Positions 50,331 through 63,815 are shown, counted from the whole stretch's first letter. The stretch is 63,900 nucleotides of DNA, filler included, from Octopus bimaculoides (GCF_001194135.2; 9 parts of 7 records of this genome joined end to end with filler, not necessarily neighbours in it); one strand, 5' to 3'. Translations and numbers: made by a program. Notes: a model not told the origin generated them from the letters alone.

Positions 50331-51039
50331 AGCACGTTCAGTATGTTCTTAGTTCAAATTCCGCCAAGGTTGACTTAGCAACTTACCTCCTTCTCTCGTA
50401 ATTGATGAACTTGTGCCAAAATTTAAAACCCCTATTTAAACCAATTTAGCATATAAAACAAGGGTTTACTCTTTGAGGCCCATTTTGCAAAAAAAGTGAA
50501 TCGTATATACCATTATATACCATTATATACCATTATATACCATTATATACGACAACCTCCTCTTCTTCTCCCAACCGTGAACAGCGTCATAAGTGCTTCT
50601 TTTTCTCCTCTCACTAAATAATAAAGAAAATATGTTTGTAAGGAAGAGAGGAAGATAAACTATAATAACAGCAAAGATACAATTAAAAGGGACATCATCA
50701 ATACAATCGAGTATTTTTATAAGCTAGAAGTCTTTTGGATTTCTAAATTTCTGATTAAAGAATCTGAAGGTAGTAAATACGAGCCCATTGCAAGAGAATT
50801 CCACGCACTCCCACATAAGAATTCCCTCAGGAGACCAGAATCAACATCCGATTGGTTGTGACTTAGATTTTGTTGTCTTATCAACCCTGGGATTCATAAG
50901 GACGGAGCTTAGCCCTTTTTTAGCTATGGGATATAAACGACTGAGAATACAACAGTCCCTTCCTGCTGATCAAGAAGTCAGTTCGTCTCAGGTTTAACAA
51001 TATTTCCTGAAACTTATTTACAGATATTATAGATATTAT

Positions 51040-51350
51040 ATTGCAGGAAATTATTTACAGCTGAGTGGACTCGGGCAACGGGAAATGTGATGTTTTGCTT
51101 AATTGGAATTCCATTGGTAACAAAGACGAGGGTTCCAGTTGATCCGATCAACGGAACAGCCTGCACGTGAAATTAATGTGCAAGTGGGTGGGCACTCCCC
51201 AGACACGTGTACCCTTCACGTAGACCTCAAGGGAGATTCAGCGTGACACAAAATATGACAAGGCTGACCCCTTTGAAATACAGGTAGGACTCGTCTTTGC
51301 CAACTAGGTGTATTGCTCAAGGACACAAGACACTACTGGGAATCGTAAAC
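51040..51350 (-). mobile_element. SINE-like repeat, family D
   Basis: Minus strand reads GTGTCCTTGAGCAA.., CACGCTGAATCTCCC.. and GCTGTTCCGTTGATCGGATCAACTGGAACCCTCGTC. Recalled as a common cephalopod SINE-like body; not verified. Confidence 0.5.
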
Positions 51351-51549
51351 CAAATATCCTATCCACTAAACAACACACCTTCATGTTTTGCTTAAGAATC
51401 CAATGCACCCACTAGTCGTAGAATCGAAATCGCGATCTTACGATCGTGAAGGCAACAATCTAACTGCTAAACCATGCGTCTTCACAAGATTGGCCAAAGG
51501 AAAAAATATTCGTTTGAAAAGAAAAGACACAGCAGAAAGCAACTAAGAT

Positions 51550-51960
51550 TTATGTACCGACAACATATAAAGTTCCGAAATCTATAATCTCCGCCATGAT
51601 GGCTGGTCATCTTGAAGATAAATAATCTATTAGCGTTGGTAAATAAATAAACGAATGTAAAGGACAGCTATGTGTGAGCTGATCAGTTATTGATAACCCC
51701 CGATAAATAATCAAATATATGCACATAGCATGAATTGATTATCGAACAGCCTTTGATAGGATGCCACATATGTTAATATTGGAGAAACAGTATGTAAATA
51801 AAAGAGCAGCAATACGGAAGAAATATATCAAATTGGACATGTTAAAATAGAAAGCGTCCTCACATTTACGAGATGAGATGGTAATAAAGAATGTGTTTTA
51901 TCTACATAAGAAGAGGGATCTTCTAAAGACGAACCCTATCCTATTTCCTGTCTTTTGATT
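51550..51960 (+). mobile_element. Degenerate R4/Dong-type reverse transcriptase fragment
   Basis: Translates PTTYK.., CKGQL, IA*IDYRTAFDRMPH.LILE and IRRGIF*RRTLS, equivalent to AWIDYKKAFDSVPH and RGIFQGD.LS. Confidence 0.65.
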
Positions 51961-52087
51961 TGACTTCCATATGAAATCTTCTGAACCATTCTTCCAAGGG
52001 TGAGATATTCTAAAGACATATAAAGCATCTCCTCTATATGGATAATAAAACTACATGCAAATATTAACACGCTGTAGAAGAACTTGA

Positions 52088-52385
52088 GGCGCAATGGCCC
52101 AGTGGTTAGGGCAGCAGACTCGCGGTCGGAGGATCGCGGTTTCGATTCCCAGACCGGGCGTTGTGAGTGTTTATTGAGCGAAAGCACCTAAGCTCCAGGA
52201 GGCTCCAGCAGGGGATGGTGGCGACCCCTGTGGTTCTCTTTCACCCCAACTTTCTCTCACTCTTCTTGTTTCTTGAGTAACGCTGCGATGGACTGGCATC
52301 TTGTCTAACTGGGGGGGGGGACACATACGCCATAGAATCCGGGAAACTGGGCCCATGAGCCTGGCTAGGCTTTGAAAGGGTGATG
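52088..52385 (+). mobile_element. tRNA-derived SINE, family C (single copy here)
   Basis: A-box TGGCCCAGTGG, B-box GGTTTCGATTCCC, 3' block GCTGCGATGGACTGGCATC..CCGGGAAACTGGGCCC. Confidence 0.7.
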
Positions 52386-52409
52386 TTAGAAGAACTTACT
52401 AGAACCTGT

Positions 52410-52847
52410 ACAGAAGTAGGCGCAGTTATGGTTATGTGGTGAAGAAACTCGCGTTGCAGCCATAGTTTCGAGTTTGGTTCCATTACACAGCAACTTGGGC
52501 AAGTGTCTACTATAGCCCCAGTCTTTGTGAACGAATGTTGTAGACCAGTGGTTCTCAACCATATTTAAAAAATTTTTAGCCTGGAACCCTTCGATTCCTG
52601 TTTGACTTGGATTGGCCCTCATGGCCATCCAATGTTTTAAAAATCCTATTCTGTTTTTATATTTTTTATAAGTAAATATTAGGAAATGTATTAAAACAAA
52701 TTGCTAAAATATTTTGTGAATTGTATCAGTGTGAGCAATTTATTGCAGATAAATATTAACAACAAAATCTTATAGTGAACCCTCAAGGACCATATGGACG
52801 CCGATTGAGGAACACTGGCTTAGACGTAAACTGTGCGAAAATCTGTC

Positions 52848-52860
<13 letters not shown>
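52410..52860 (+). mobile_element. SINE family A head split by a MITE
   Basis: SINE homology stops at ..TTGTAGAC (52545) and resumes as GTAAACTG..GTCGTATATAT after 52825. Confidence 0.65.
52546..52817. mobile_element. hAT-Charlie-like MITE (272 bp)
   Basis: Ends CAGTGGTTCTCAAC / ATTGAGGAACACTG; imperfect 8-bp TSD TTGTAGAC / GCTTAGAC. Confidence 0.75.
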
Positions 52861-52878
<18 letters not shown>

Positions 52879-54124
52879 TAGATATGGCCTATAAGACGCA
52901 CCTTTTTTTTTTTTTACCTAAAAATTGCTTTAAAAATTCCCCTGCATTCAATGAACTCAACCTAGGTTCAAAACTCGCAACTTTTGGCCGAAATTATACG
53001 CCAGCGGTCACGTAGTTGTACAGAACGCACATACACGCTCTCACATACAAGCGCACGCGGACCTTCGTTTTGGGATCACCAGTACTTTTTTATCTNNNNN
53101 NNNNNNNNNNNNNNNNNNNNNNNNNNNNNNNNNNNNNNNNNNNNNNNNNNNNNNNNNNNNNNNNNNNNNNNNNNNNNNNNNNNNNNNNNNNNNNNNNNNN
53201 NNNNNNNNNNNNNNNNNNNNNNNNNNNNNNNNNNNNNNNNNNNNNNNNNNNNNNNNNNNNNNNNNNNNNNNNNNNNNNNNNNNNNNNNNNNNNNNNNNNN
53301 NNNNNNNNNNNNNNNNNNNNNNNNNNNNNNNNNNNNNNNNNNNNNNNNNNNNNNNNNNNNNNNNNNNNNNNNNNNNNNNNNNNNNNNNNNNNNNNNNNNN
53401 NNNNNNNNNNNNNNNNNNNNNNNNNNNNNNNNNNNNNNNNNNNNNNNNNNNNNNNNNNNNNNNNNNNNNNNNNNNNNNNNNNNNNNNNNNNNNNNNNNNN
53501 NNNNNNNNNNNNNNNNNNNNNNNNNNNNNNNNNNNNNNNNNNNNNNNNNNNNNNNNNNNNNNNNNNNNNNNNNNNNNNNNNNNNNNNNNNNNNNNNNNNN
53601 NNNNNNNNNNNNNNNNNNNNNNNNNNNNNNNAATATTTTACCCCTACGATGTTCATCACACTTTCTATGCAACATATTCTCGAAAAAAGAAAATTTCGAT
53701 GCAAAAATTCACACATTCTATTTTCTATACAATATCTCCTAAGATAGTGTATATTGTATATAACAGCCAACAAGAGCAACGCTAAAAACAAAATGGCGAA
53801 GAATATTTAACAAAACAAACCAATTTGTGTTTTTTTTTTGAGCGTCAATAACTTTGTCAATAACTTCATTAGCATCAAAAAAAAACTATTTAATAAGCTT
53901 ATATCCACAGCTTCAACGATAAAACGCACAAAACTTTTACAACAAATAACATCAAACTCAAACCATACTGAATTCTTCTTGAAAGACAATACAAATACTT
54001 CACACACCTCAGAAACACAGTGACGGTACATCAAATGATGTGATAAAAAAAAATTTGCATGAATCGAGTAAAGGAAGACAACACGAGGTTTAGATATTGT
54101 GAAAAGATAAAATTGATAAATAAC

Positions 54125-54159
<35 letters not shown>

Positions 54160-54623
54160 CAACAATAATAATAATAAATAACAAGAAATTTAAGAAATAA
54201 GAAATAAAAATTGAAAAAGCGCAAGTATACACGATATAGAGTGAAAAGGAGGGCAAATATACAGAGTATGCAAATGTTAAAAAGGTGACGATAGAGATGT
54301 AAAGATGTAAGTCTTTCTGATAAAGGACGAGCTCTAGAGATAATCGAGGAACCTCGCTGTCCACTGTATATACTATATATATATATATATATATATATNN
54401 NNNNNNNNNNNNNNNNNNNNNNNNNNNNNNNNNNNNNNNNNNTTAATTAATTAANNNNNNNNNNNNNNNNNNNNNNNNNNNNNNNNNNNNNNNNNNNNTA
54501 TATATCGTATGTAAATCTATCTATCTATATATATTTATTTATTGTTACATAATTGGCGTAAAAATAGTACACAAATATTAATTACACGTGAATAAACTTA
54601 CCGATCCTCCTATTCAGTGCTTA

Positions 54624-54675
<52 letters not shown>

Positions 54676-54848
54676 TTATATTTTCCTATTGGTTGTCTTG
54701 TTTATTTTCATTATTTTTTAAATATTTATTTTTAATATCTTTTGTTCCGATCGCAAACAATTTTTCCGAACTTTATTTGACATGAAAAACATTGTATTAC
54801 ATCTTATTATTGTCGGTAGTGGTGGTCGTTATAACAATAGTGGCGATG

Positions 54849-54882
<34 letters not shown>

Positions 54883-54989
54883 ATGTATATATGTGTATAT
54901 ATATGTGCATATATATATATATGTATATATATACATGAATATTTATGTATATAAATGTGTATATGTATATATGTATATATATATAGAAT

Positions 54990-55700
<711 letters not shown>

Positions 55701-57589
55701 TAAATGCATAAAAATACATATAAAATGAAAAACACTAGTAAGAAGAACGCACACGTAATCAAAAACAGCAATAACAACAGCAACAATAAGGATATTTAAT
55801 CAACAATAATTTCAATTAAACAACAGCAGTAAATATATAATTAAAATGAGAAAATATATTCTAGAAACAAAATGAAACTGATAATTATTAAGTTTTAGAA
55901 AAAGAAAGGGTTTACTATATGTATATAATGCTCATATATTTATGCATGTATGTATGTGTGCGTGTATATATATATAATATATATATATANNNNNNNNNNN
56001 NNNNNNNNNNNNNNNNNNNNNNNNNNNNNNNNNTTAATTAATTAANNNNNNNNNNNNNNNNNNNNNNNNNNNNNNNNNNNNNNNNNNNNCTCAGATTTGC
56101 GTTTGGCCGTACGGCTTTTGAATGTTGTTTTCACTGTCCATTTTTTCCTGTCTTGGTTTGTATTTGCCACCTTGGAATCCTCTGTGTAGTGGGTTGATCC
56201 ACTACTCAGGAAGAGACTATTCTAGAGTACGTTCTGTCTTGTCTTCGAAACGTCTAGATAGAATAGAGACAGCTGATGAAGGGATATTCCAAGTGGCTTT
56301 CCGTTTTCCTGTGTGTTCGTTCCGTTGTCTGTAGTTTATTGTTCTAACGTCCTGTACCCTGATATGCATGTATATACACATGTAGATGTAAGTATGTACA
56401 TATATGTGTGTATACATGTATATATATTCTTTGTATTATTATTATATATATATATATATATAAATATATATGTATTGATATTTCGTTTAATCACTTAGAA
56501 CTGACTAATTACCTGGTGTAGGACTCAATATAGAATTAGTCTGGAACACAATATTTGACGGGTATAGAGTAGTAATGGAAACAAAGAGGAACACCAGAAA
56601 GAGATGACATAGCAGAAACAGCAGTAAGCCATTGAAGTTCATTATATATTCTTTTTCCGTTGTCATCTTTGTTTGCACACACACACACACACGCACACAC
56701 ACACACACACATACACACACACATACATAGACACATAGCTATCTATCTATGTATATGTATGTTTGTATATATGTATGTATGTATGTATGCATGCATGCAT
56801 GCATGCAGAGTGCAAGCACAGTATTTCATACGAACACAAAACAAAAAGCATTAAACGCGAGTTGTAAAGTCCGTATGCAGCAAATGAAGCGGCAATCTCA
56901 AGTGCAACGCAATTTTCCCATTTCGGCATGTCACACACCATTATCACTTCCGATTTTATCAACGATAGCTAATATTAAAATCAGAGTTATGGCCCAAGCA
57001 AATCGGCTTCTAAGAAATTGTACTGACTACCCACGTCATACAATGAACAATACAGCACCCGTTCGCAAGCACGGTCATTGAACTATCTATCTATCTATCT
57101 ATCTATTTATCTATCTAGCTAGCTATCTTTCTATCTATCTAGCTATCTAGCTATCTTTCTATATATCTATACATGCAATGCATACATACATACATACATA
57201 TATATACGCATTTGGCATGTGATTTCTTTTAACAGAAATTGAAAGCAGTAATAAATTTGGAGGTTATGCAAGTTTATTTTTTATACCGGACCTTAATTAG
57301 TTCCTGACAGCAATGCGCCTTTTATGACGAAGCGTTGATATTTGATTGTATCCGGTATAAAACTACAAAGTCTACGTGTTCGGTCAAAGCACATGTTAGA
57401 ATGCACACATGCCAATATAAGCACAATAATATATTTTGACAATACCATAGACACAAAATTTACGGATAGTCAAACAGAATGACACGATTTCTTACATTAC
57501 AAAGAGCCAAATGTCAGAATTAGCTTGAAGATTGAGCATGTTCATTTTATTGATATTGAAGACAAATATTTTCACTTCGACATGGAACT

Positions 57590-58170
57590 TAATTTGCTAG
57601 ATGACTTTCCATTTTTTTGTCATATTTACTGATTAAATATACGAGTTCTTTATAATTTCCACGATTATTAGAGCCTTCAGATAAAAAATAACCCGATCCG
57701 ATAATACCTGGAGGCCTAAAAAAATAACAACATCGATCAATCGTTGCAGAATGGATCTGTTTCGTCTAACTTTCTCATTATGATGTTGTCTGCTTTGATT
57801 TTTACATGCATCTAATTGTCAGTCTATGCGAACATTCCCGAATATATTAAGATCTATCAAAGATTTTATATGCCTTTGAGAACGCTCGTACTTTAGCATA
57901 GCCAAATGTGAATTATTTAAATCATCATGGCCTTTATCATTCCAAATATTCTTTTCTAAGCAAAAAAGGTAAACAAGGCCAACAGAATAATTTATTAAGA
58001 GTAGCACTTCCAGTTAACCATTTTTTCTTTTCATACAAATTAACCTGAAATTGTCTCGTGAATTTCTTGTTGTAGCTTTGCAAATTAGGTAAATTCGGTG
58101 TTGGTCTCCCACCGCTTATAATTAATTGTTTTCCATCGAAGATATCGTTTACAACACTCATTTCGAAAAA
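57590..58170 (-). mobile_element. hAT transposase remnant (TTF-type zinc finger plus start of a DUF4371/ZMYM1-like region)
   Basis: Minus translations GRPTPNLPNL..KFTRQFQV..WLTGSATLNKLFCWPCL, IWNDKGHDDLNN..YERSQRHIKSL..FGNVRID, HNEKVRRNRSILQRLIDVVIFLG and SNNRGNYKELV..KYDKKM. Confidence 0.8.
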
Positions 58171-58858
58171 GGCTACTTTTATATAAGAACACACGTATAA
58201 GAATCTGAGTAAATTCTAAGTCATTTCAACAAAACGGAAAATATAACGTTAGTCAAATTAATTTAAGATTAATTAGCTACTTCTGAAATAAGAAATATAA
58301 CATAGATAATATTTTTTTTTTCAGAACACTCCAAAAATATAATAGAGCAAACGGATGGTTTGGATAAAAAATAAACAATTCAAACTTACCCCCATGTTCT
58401 TCCACCATTTTAGCTGGCTGCCTCAGGAATTATGGGATTGCTCTGTTCGGGTAAGAAAGTGGAACGAAGTTAGCAACGATTCTACATTAACAAAGTGAGA
58501 GAGAGGGAGAGGGGGTGTCTGGCACGTGCGTCCTNNNNNNNNNNNNNNNNNNNNNNNNNNNNNNNNNNNNNNNNNNNNTTAATTAATTAANNNNNNNNNN
58601 NNNNNNNNNNNNNNNNNNNNNNNNNNNNNNNNNNACACACACACACACACAGATACACACATACAGACACACACATATAAGCGCTGAATATTTAATTGCA
58701 GAACGATAATATAGTGACTCAAGGGTCGAGAGTTTCATACGTGACACTTGCCAATGTCTAAACCCTTACACACACACACACCCACACACCCACACACACA
58801 CATACACACACACACATCTATATACATACACGCACACACACACACACATATATATAAT

Positions 58859-58905
<47 letters not shown>

Positions 58906-58957
58906 ACACACATATATATATATATAAACACACATATATACACACACATGTAATTGA

Positions 58958-59945
58958 TATTAGATTGTAAAAATTCCTGTCGCATCTTTTACATGATCAG
59001 TTTAAGGATAAATTTCTCCTGCTTCCAGTAAAAATAACCTTCAATGCTTACATTCTCCAGATTTTTCTTCCTTTTTTATATTACTGTTTGCCATGTTGGT
59101 ACAGATCTTATCCTTTCAAAATACGGTTTGATCAGGCCTATAGGAGGCATTATATATGAATTCAAACGAGTGTCTTCAGCAATGGAAGCGGCAAGAAATG
59201 TTCGTTCTGTCTATGGAAATGAAGCTTTAAATATCAGTAAATGCTAACGGCACTCTGTTCAGATTCGCCAAGGAGGCTTTTTCCTTGAAGGTATCCATCG
59301 ATCTAGACAAACAATTAGTTTCTAAAATCCGCAATCGAGGAAAACCCATGGCAAGCAACGGCAAGAGAATTAGCAAAGAGATCCAAGTCAAGAGATATTT
59401 TGAATGTAAAGCACCTTCATGAAGTAGAAAATGTGTCTAAAAGTTGTCGAGAGGGTTCCTCAGCATCTGATTTTTCTCTTAGCTTAATCACAAATTTTCC
59501 CTCTGCTCATCATTCAAGACTTGGCTAGGGTTAGCTTTCGAATCTTTGTTAGGTAGAGTCATCACATGTGGTGAAAACTTGGTTATCTATTATTATAACA
59601 AACGAAAGCGACAATGATTAGCACCCAAAGAAATAATGGAATCGTTTTCCAAACCAGAACTACACCTGAAAATGTCATGCTCTGTGTCTGGTGGGATATG
59701 AACGGTTTCGTCCATCTTGAATAATTAAACTTATGCAAAAAGAGTAAATGCATAGATGTAAAGTCTCAATTGAATCTTAGCACAAGAGTTTTTCGGAGAA
59801 AGCACCCATTTTTGTCAATCTTAAATAGGTATTGCTCTTAAATGATAATTTAAGACCACATATTGCCCCAGTCTCCGAGGAAAAATTATGGAACAAAACA
59901 TGGAAGTTTTGATTCATCGTATCTACACTCCTAGACTTGTATAGA
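58958..59945 (+). mobile_element. Degenerate mariner (DD34D-type) element
   Basis: TIR-like TA|TTAGATTGTAAAAATTCCTGTCG. Translations IIYEFKR..EAARNVRSVYG.EAL, RVITCGE, KPELH..VMLCVWWDMNG and MEVLIH..YTP, with many stops and frameshifts. Confidence 0.8.
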
Positions 59946-60041
59946 AACAATTGTCGGCTTTCTATATGTGTGTCGGTGTATGTGTATGCATGTTCTTTGT
60001 GTGTGTATGTATGTGTGTATGTATGTATGTATGTATGTATG

Positions 60042-60152
60042 TCATTATTCAGTTTTATTTCAATATTCCTTGGCAATAGGGAAAGAGCCGGTTTCTAACC
60101 TAGATTAAAGGCTCTTTCATTGGAATTTCAACATCAACATCGGGGTATTTTT
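60042..60152 (-). mobile_element. ~110-bp R4/Dong-type 3'-UTR module embedded in (TATG)n
   Basis: Homologue of 613-722. Perfect 9-bp stem GAAAGAGCC/GGCTCTTTC enclosing GGTT-AGA-AACC (minus strand). Confidence 0.6.
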
Positions 60153-60777
60153 GTATGTATGTATGTATGTATGTATGTATGCATGCATGCATGTAGATGT
60201 ATGTATGAGTGTATGTATGTATATATGTGTGTATGTATGTATGTATGTATGTATGTGTGCACATTTCTATGTTTGCTTTATGTATGTATTCTCATGCATA
60301 TAGTTGCATATCTAGACATGCTCATATATATTTTAATGATAAATTTCTGGATAGTTTTACAGATTTTCACAGTTCCACTGATGGATTGGATGCTTTCTAG
60401 TTTTGAGAAGACAAATTTCTCAAGATTGGTATACAGGCAGTGTGTTATGTATGTATGCGTGCATATGTATATATTAATGTATATATGTGTCTATGTATGC
60501 GTGTATGTATATATGTATGTGTGTNNNNNNNNNNNNNNNNNNNNNNNNNNNNNNNNNNNNNNNNNNNNTTAATTAATTAANNNNNNNNNNNNNNNNNNNN
60601 NNNNNNNNNNNNNNNNNNNNNNNNACATGCATACACACATACATACACACATACACCCACACACACACATACACTCATATTCTAAATGCATGACTAGTTT
60701 TTTCTCTTTTTCTCTTTGTATGTATGTATGTATGTATGTATGTATGTATGTATGTATGTATGTATGTATGTGTGTAT

Positions 60778-60823
<46 letters not shown>

Positions 60824-61129
60824 GTGCACGTGTATTTGTGTTTGTGTGTGTGTTATTGGAACGAACAGAAAAGAAGTGAAGAGAATAGCAATTGAGCAGA
60901 TACAGACACACATACATACGTATACGCACGTATATACACGCGCACATGCGCACACGCACACACACAAAATTATACACGTGCTAATGAATAAAAAAAAAAA
61001 GATAATTTCTTTTTTTTGTCTTTGTCTCATAGAGCAAACATTTTAGTTAATTGGCAATTGGCATTAGATTTTAGTTGATTGCTTAAGCGGTCTTAGTCGA
61101 TGGGTGAAAAAAATGTTAACGGATTCCTG

Positions 61130-61206
61130 TCACTACAATAACAGCAGCAGCAACAACAGCAACTACTACTACTAGTACTACTACTACTACTACCACCACC
61201 ACCACC

Positions 61207-61253
<47 letters not shown>

Positions 61254-61355
61254 CACCACCAACACCACCACTATCACCACCACTACTACTACTAATACTA
61301 CTACTATTACTACTACCACCACGACCACCACCACAACGACCACCACCACCACTAT

Positions 61356-61395
<40 letters not shown>

Positions 61396-61415
61396 GTTGC
61401 TGCTGCTATAGCTCA
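61130..61415. repeat. Compound (TAC)n/(CAC)n/(CAG)n array forming the tail of a minus-strand SINE B
   Basis: Direct reading. Confidence 0.85.
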
Positions 61416-61424
61416 TAACAATAA

Positions 61425-61641
61425 TAATCCTTTCTACTATAGGCACAAAGCCTTAAATCTTGGGGGAGGAACCCAGTCGATTACATCGCCCCCAGTACAC
61501 AACTGGTACTTAATTTATTGACCCAGAAAGGATAGAAGGCAAAATCAACTTCGGTGGAATTTGAACTCAGAACGTAAAGACGGACGAACTGCTTCTAAGC
61601 ACTCGGTCCGGCGTATTTACGATTCTATCAGCTTGCCGCCA

Positions 61642-61673
<32 letters not shown>

Positions 61674-61887
61674 ATAATAATAATAATAATCCTTTCCGCT
61701 ATAGGCACAAAGTCTGAAATTTTGCGGGAGGGGACTAGTCGATTACATCGACCCCAGTGTTTCACTGGTACTTTGTTTATTGACCCTGAAAGGATGAAAA
61801 GCGAAGTCGACCTCGGCGGAATTTGATCATAGAACGTGCAGACAGACGAAGTGCCGTAAAGCATTTCGCCCGGCGTGCTAACGATTC
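61425..61887 (-). mobile_element. Two tandem SINE family B copies
   Basis: Copies at about 61425-61640 and 61690-61887, separated by a (TAG)n(TAA)n tail. Confidence 0.85.
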
Positions 61888-62175
61888 AACCGCTTGAAAC
61901 GGCTGCAAGTTTGAAGAAGATTTGAAAGTGCATATTCTCAGAAAATATTCTGAATCTACCCCACTTTCACTTCTCAGAATGTATGAGGAGAAATATGTTT
62001 GCGGGTTATTAACATCACACCCTGGAGGAATGAATAAGATGACAGGAGAATATCATCAAATTTATACAAAACTGTTTGATTAAATATTCTTCTTGATTAA
62101 ATATTTTCTTTCCTTTTTTCTTCTGTCGTCTTCTTTTTTCTGTTTTTTTTTTCTGCCTTTTTCTTNNNNNNNNNN

Positions 62176-62237
<62 letters not shown>

Positions 62238-62432
62238 CCCGGATGCAGTACCAGGCAGTGGCTCTCATGACTTCCGATCTTAATTGATTGGAAGTGTTAT
62301 CATGTACATTGTTTTGTCTCGGTATAATAGATGGGCTACAGCAAATATTCTGCTTAATACCACATATATGCTTGTCAGTTGCTTGACCTTAACCAATTGA
62401 GCATGTCCTTTGGTGGCTGACGATATGTGCAT
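62176..62432 (-). mobile_element. Unclassified retroposon-like 3' end with (ATT)n tail
   Basis: Non-microsatellite block at 62237-62432 abutting (AAT)n; classification is inference only. Confidence 0.3.
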
Positions 62433-62534
62433 NNNNNNNNNNNNNNNNNNNNNNNNNNNNNNNNNNNNNNNNNNNNTTAATTAATTAANNNNNNNNNNNN
62501 NNNNNNNNNNNNNNNNNNNNNNNNNNNNNNNNAC

Positions 62535-63065
62535 AAACGTCTTCATTCAGGAGAGAAACCATATCACTGTGATATCTGTGGTAAATCATTCACTGACAAT
62601 AGTACATTATCTATACACAAACGTACCCATTCAGGAGAGAAGCCTTATCACTGTGATGTCTGTGGTAAATCATTCCGTGATAGGAGTAACTTCATTATGC
62701 ACAAACGTGTTCATACAGGAGAGACTCCATATCACTGTGATATCTGTGGTAAATCCTTCTCTGTAAGCAGTCACTTAATTAGACATAAACGTATTCATAC
62801 AGGTGAGACACCATATCACTGTGGTATCTGTGGGAGGTCATTTAATGAAAGTGGTACTTTGAATAGACACAAATCTATTCATACAGGATTGAAACCATAT
62901 CTCTGTGATAGCTGTGGTAAATCATTCTCTGACAGTAGTGCTTTAACTAGACACAAGCGTCTTCATTCAGGAGAGAGACCATATCACTGTGATATCTGTG
63001 GTAAATCCTTCATTAAGAATAATAACTTAACTACACACAAACGTATTCATACAGGAGAGACATAA
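62535..63065 (+). CDS. C2H2 (Kruppel-type) zinc-finger protein, 3' part with six complete fingers; 5' end lost at a scaffold join
   Basis: Frame open from the gap: [41 protein letters not shown]. Six C-x2-C-x12-H-x3-H units with (T/S)GE(K/T/R)PY-type linkers. Confidence 0.85.
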   Translation, partial: KRLHSGEKPYHCDICGKSFTDNSTLSIHKRTHSGEKPYHCDVCGKSFRDRSNFIMHKRVHTGETPYHCDICGKSFSVSSHLIRHKRIHTGETPYHCGICGRSFNESGTLNRHKSIHTGLKPYLCDSCGKSFSDSSALTRHKRLHSGERPYHCDICGKSFIKNNNLTTHKRIHTGET

Positions 63066-63450
<385 letters not shown>

Positions 63451-63711
63451 GGTGAGAAAGGAAAAAGCTAGTTTGTATGGGTTCTATTGTAAACTTCTTT
63501 TTCTTTTTAATATTCCTGCGTTTCATGTAAAAGACATTATGACTCCAAAATTTTCAGTTTTTGCTTGTTTTTTATTCTAAAATTTTCTCCCAGCTTCATC
63601 CTTTGCTTCCATTCCCGTTTGATTTCCCATGATTTAGGGATCTCTATATTGAAATTCCTCTTACTGGCAACCCTATACATGGCTCTTTGTTGAATATCAC
63701 TTCCCCAATTT

Positions 63712-63815
63712 ATCATCATCATTTAATGTTCGTTGTCCATGCTGGCATGGGTTGGTCACTTTGATCAGGGCTGAGTGGCTGATTTGGCATGGTTTCCACA
63801 GCCAAATCTGTATAT
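63712..63815 (-). mobile_element. Retroposon-like 3' end with (GAT)n tail
   Basis: Minus strand reads CCAACCCATGCCAGCATGGACAACGAACATTAAATGATGATGAT; RTE/SINE-tail-like by recall only. Confidence 0.35.

Noticed and set aside
50504-50550. 10-bp tandem repeat TATATACCAT, about 4.7 copies
   Set aside because: Ordinary slippage minisatellite with no spacers; not CRISPR-like.
52088-52160. tRNA gene candidates at SINE heads (also 2017 and 9870)
   Set aside because: A/B boxes are present, but there is no proper acceptor stem and they continue into SINE bodies.
57279-57362. 12-bp inverted repeat TTTTATACCGGA/TCCGGTATAAAA
   Set aside because: Possibly a tiny MITE, but AT-rich, single copy here and without a clear TSD.
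58432-58456. Plus-strand ATG GGA TTG CTC TGT TCG G|GTAAG (MGLLCS, myristoylation-like)
   Set aside because: No downstream exon found; a 6-aa match is expected by chance.
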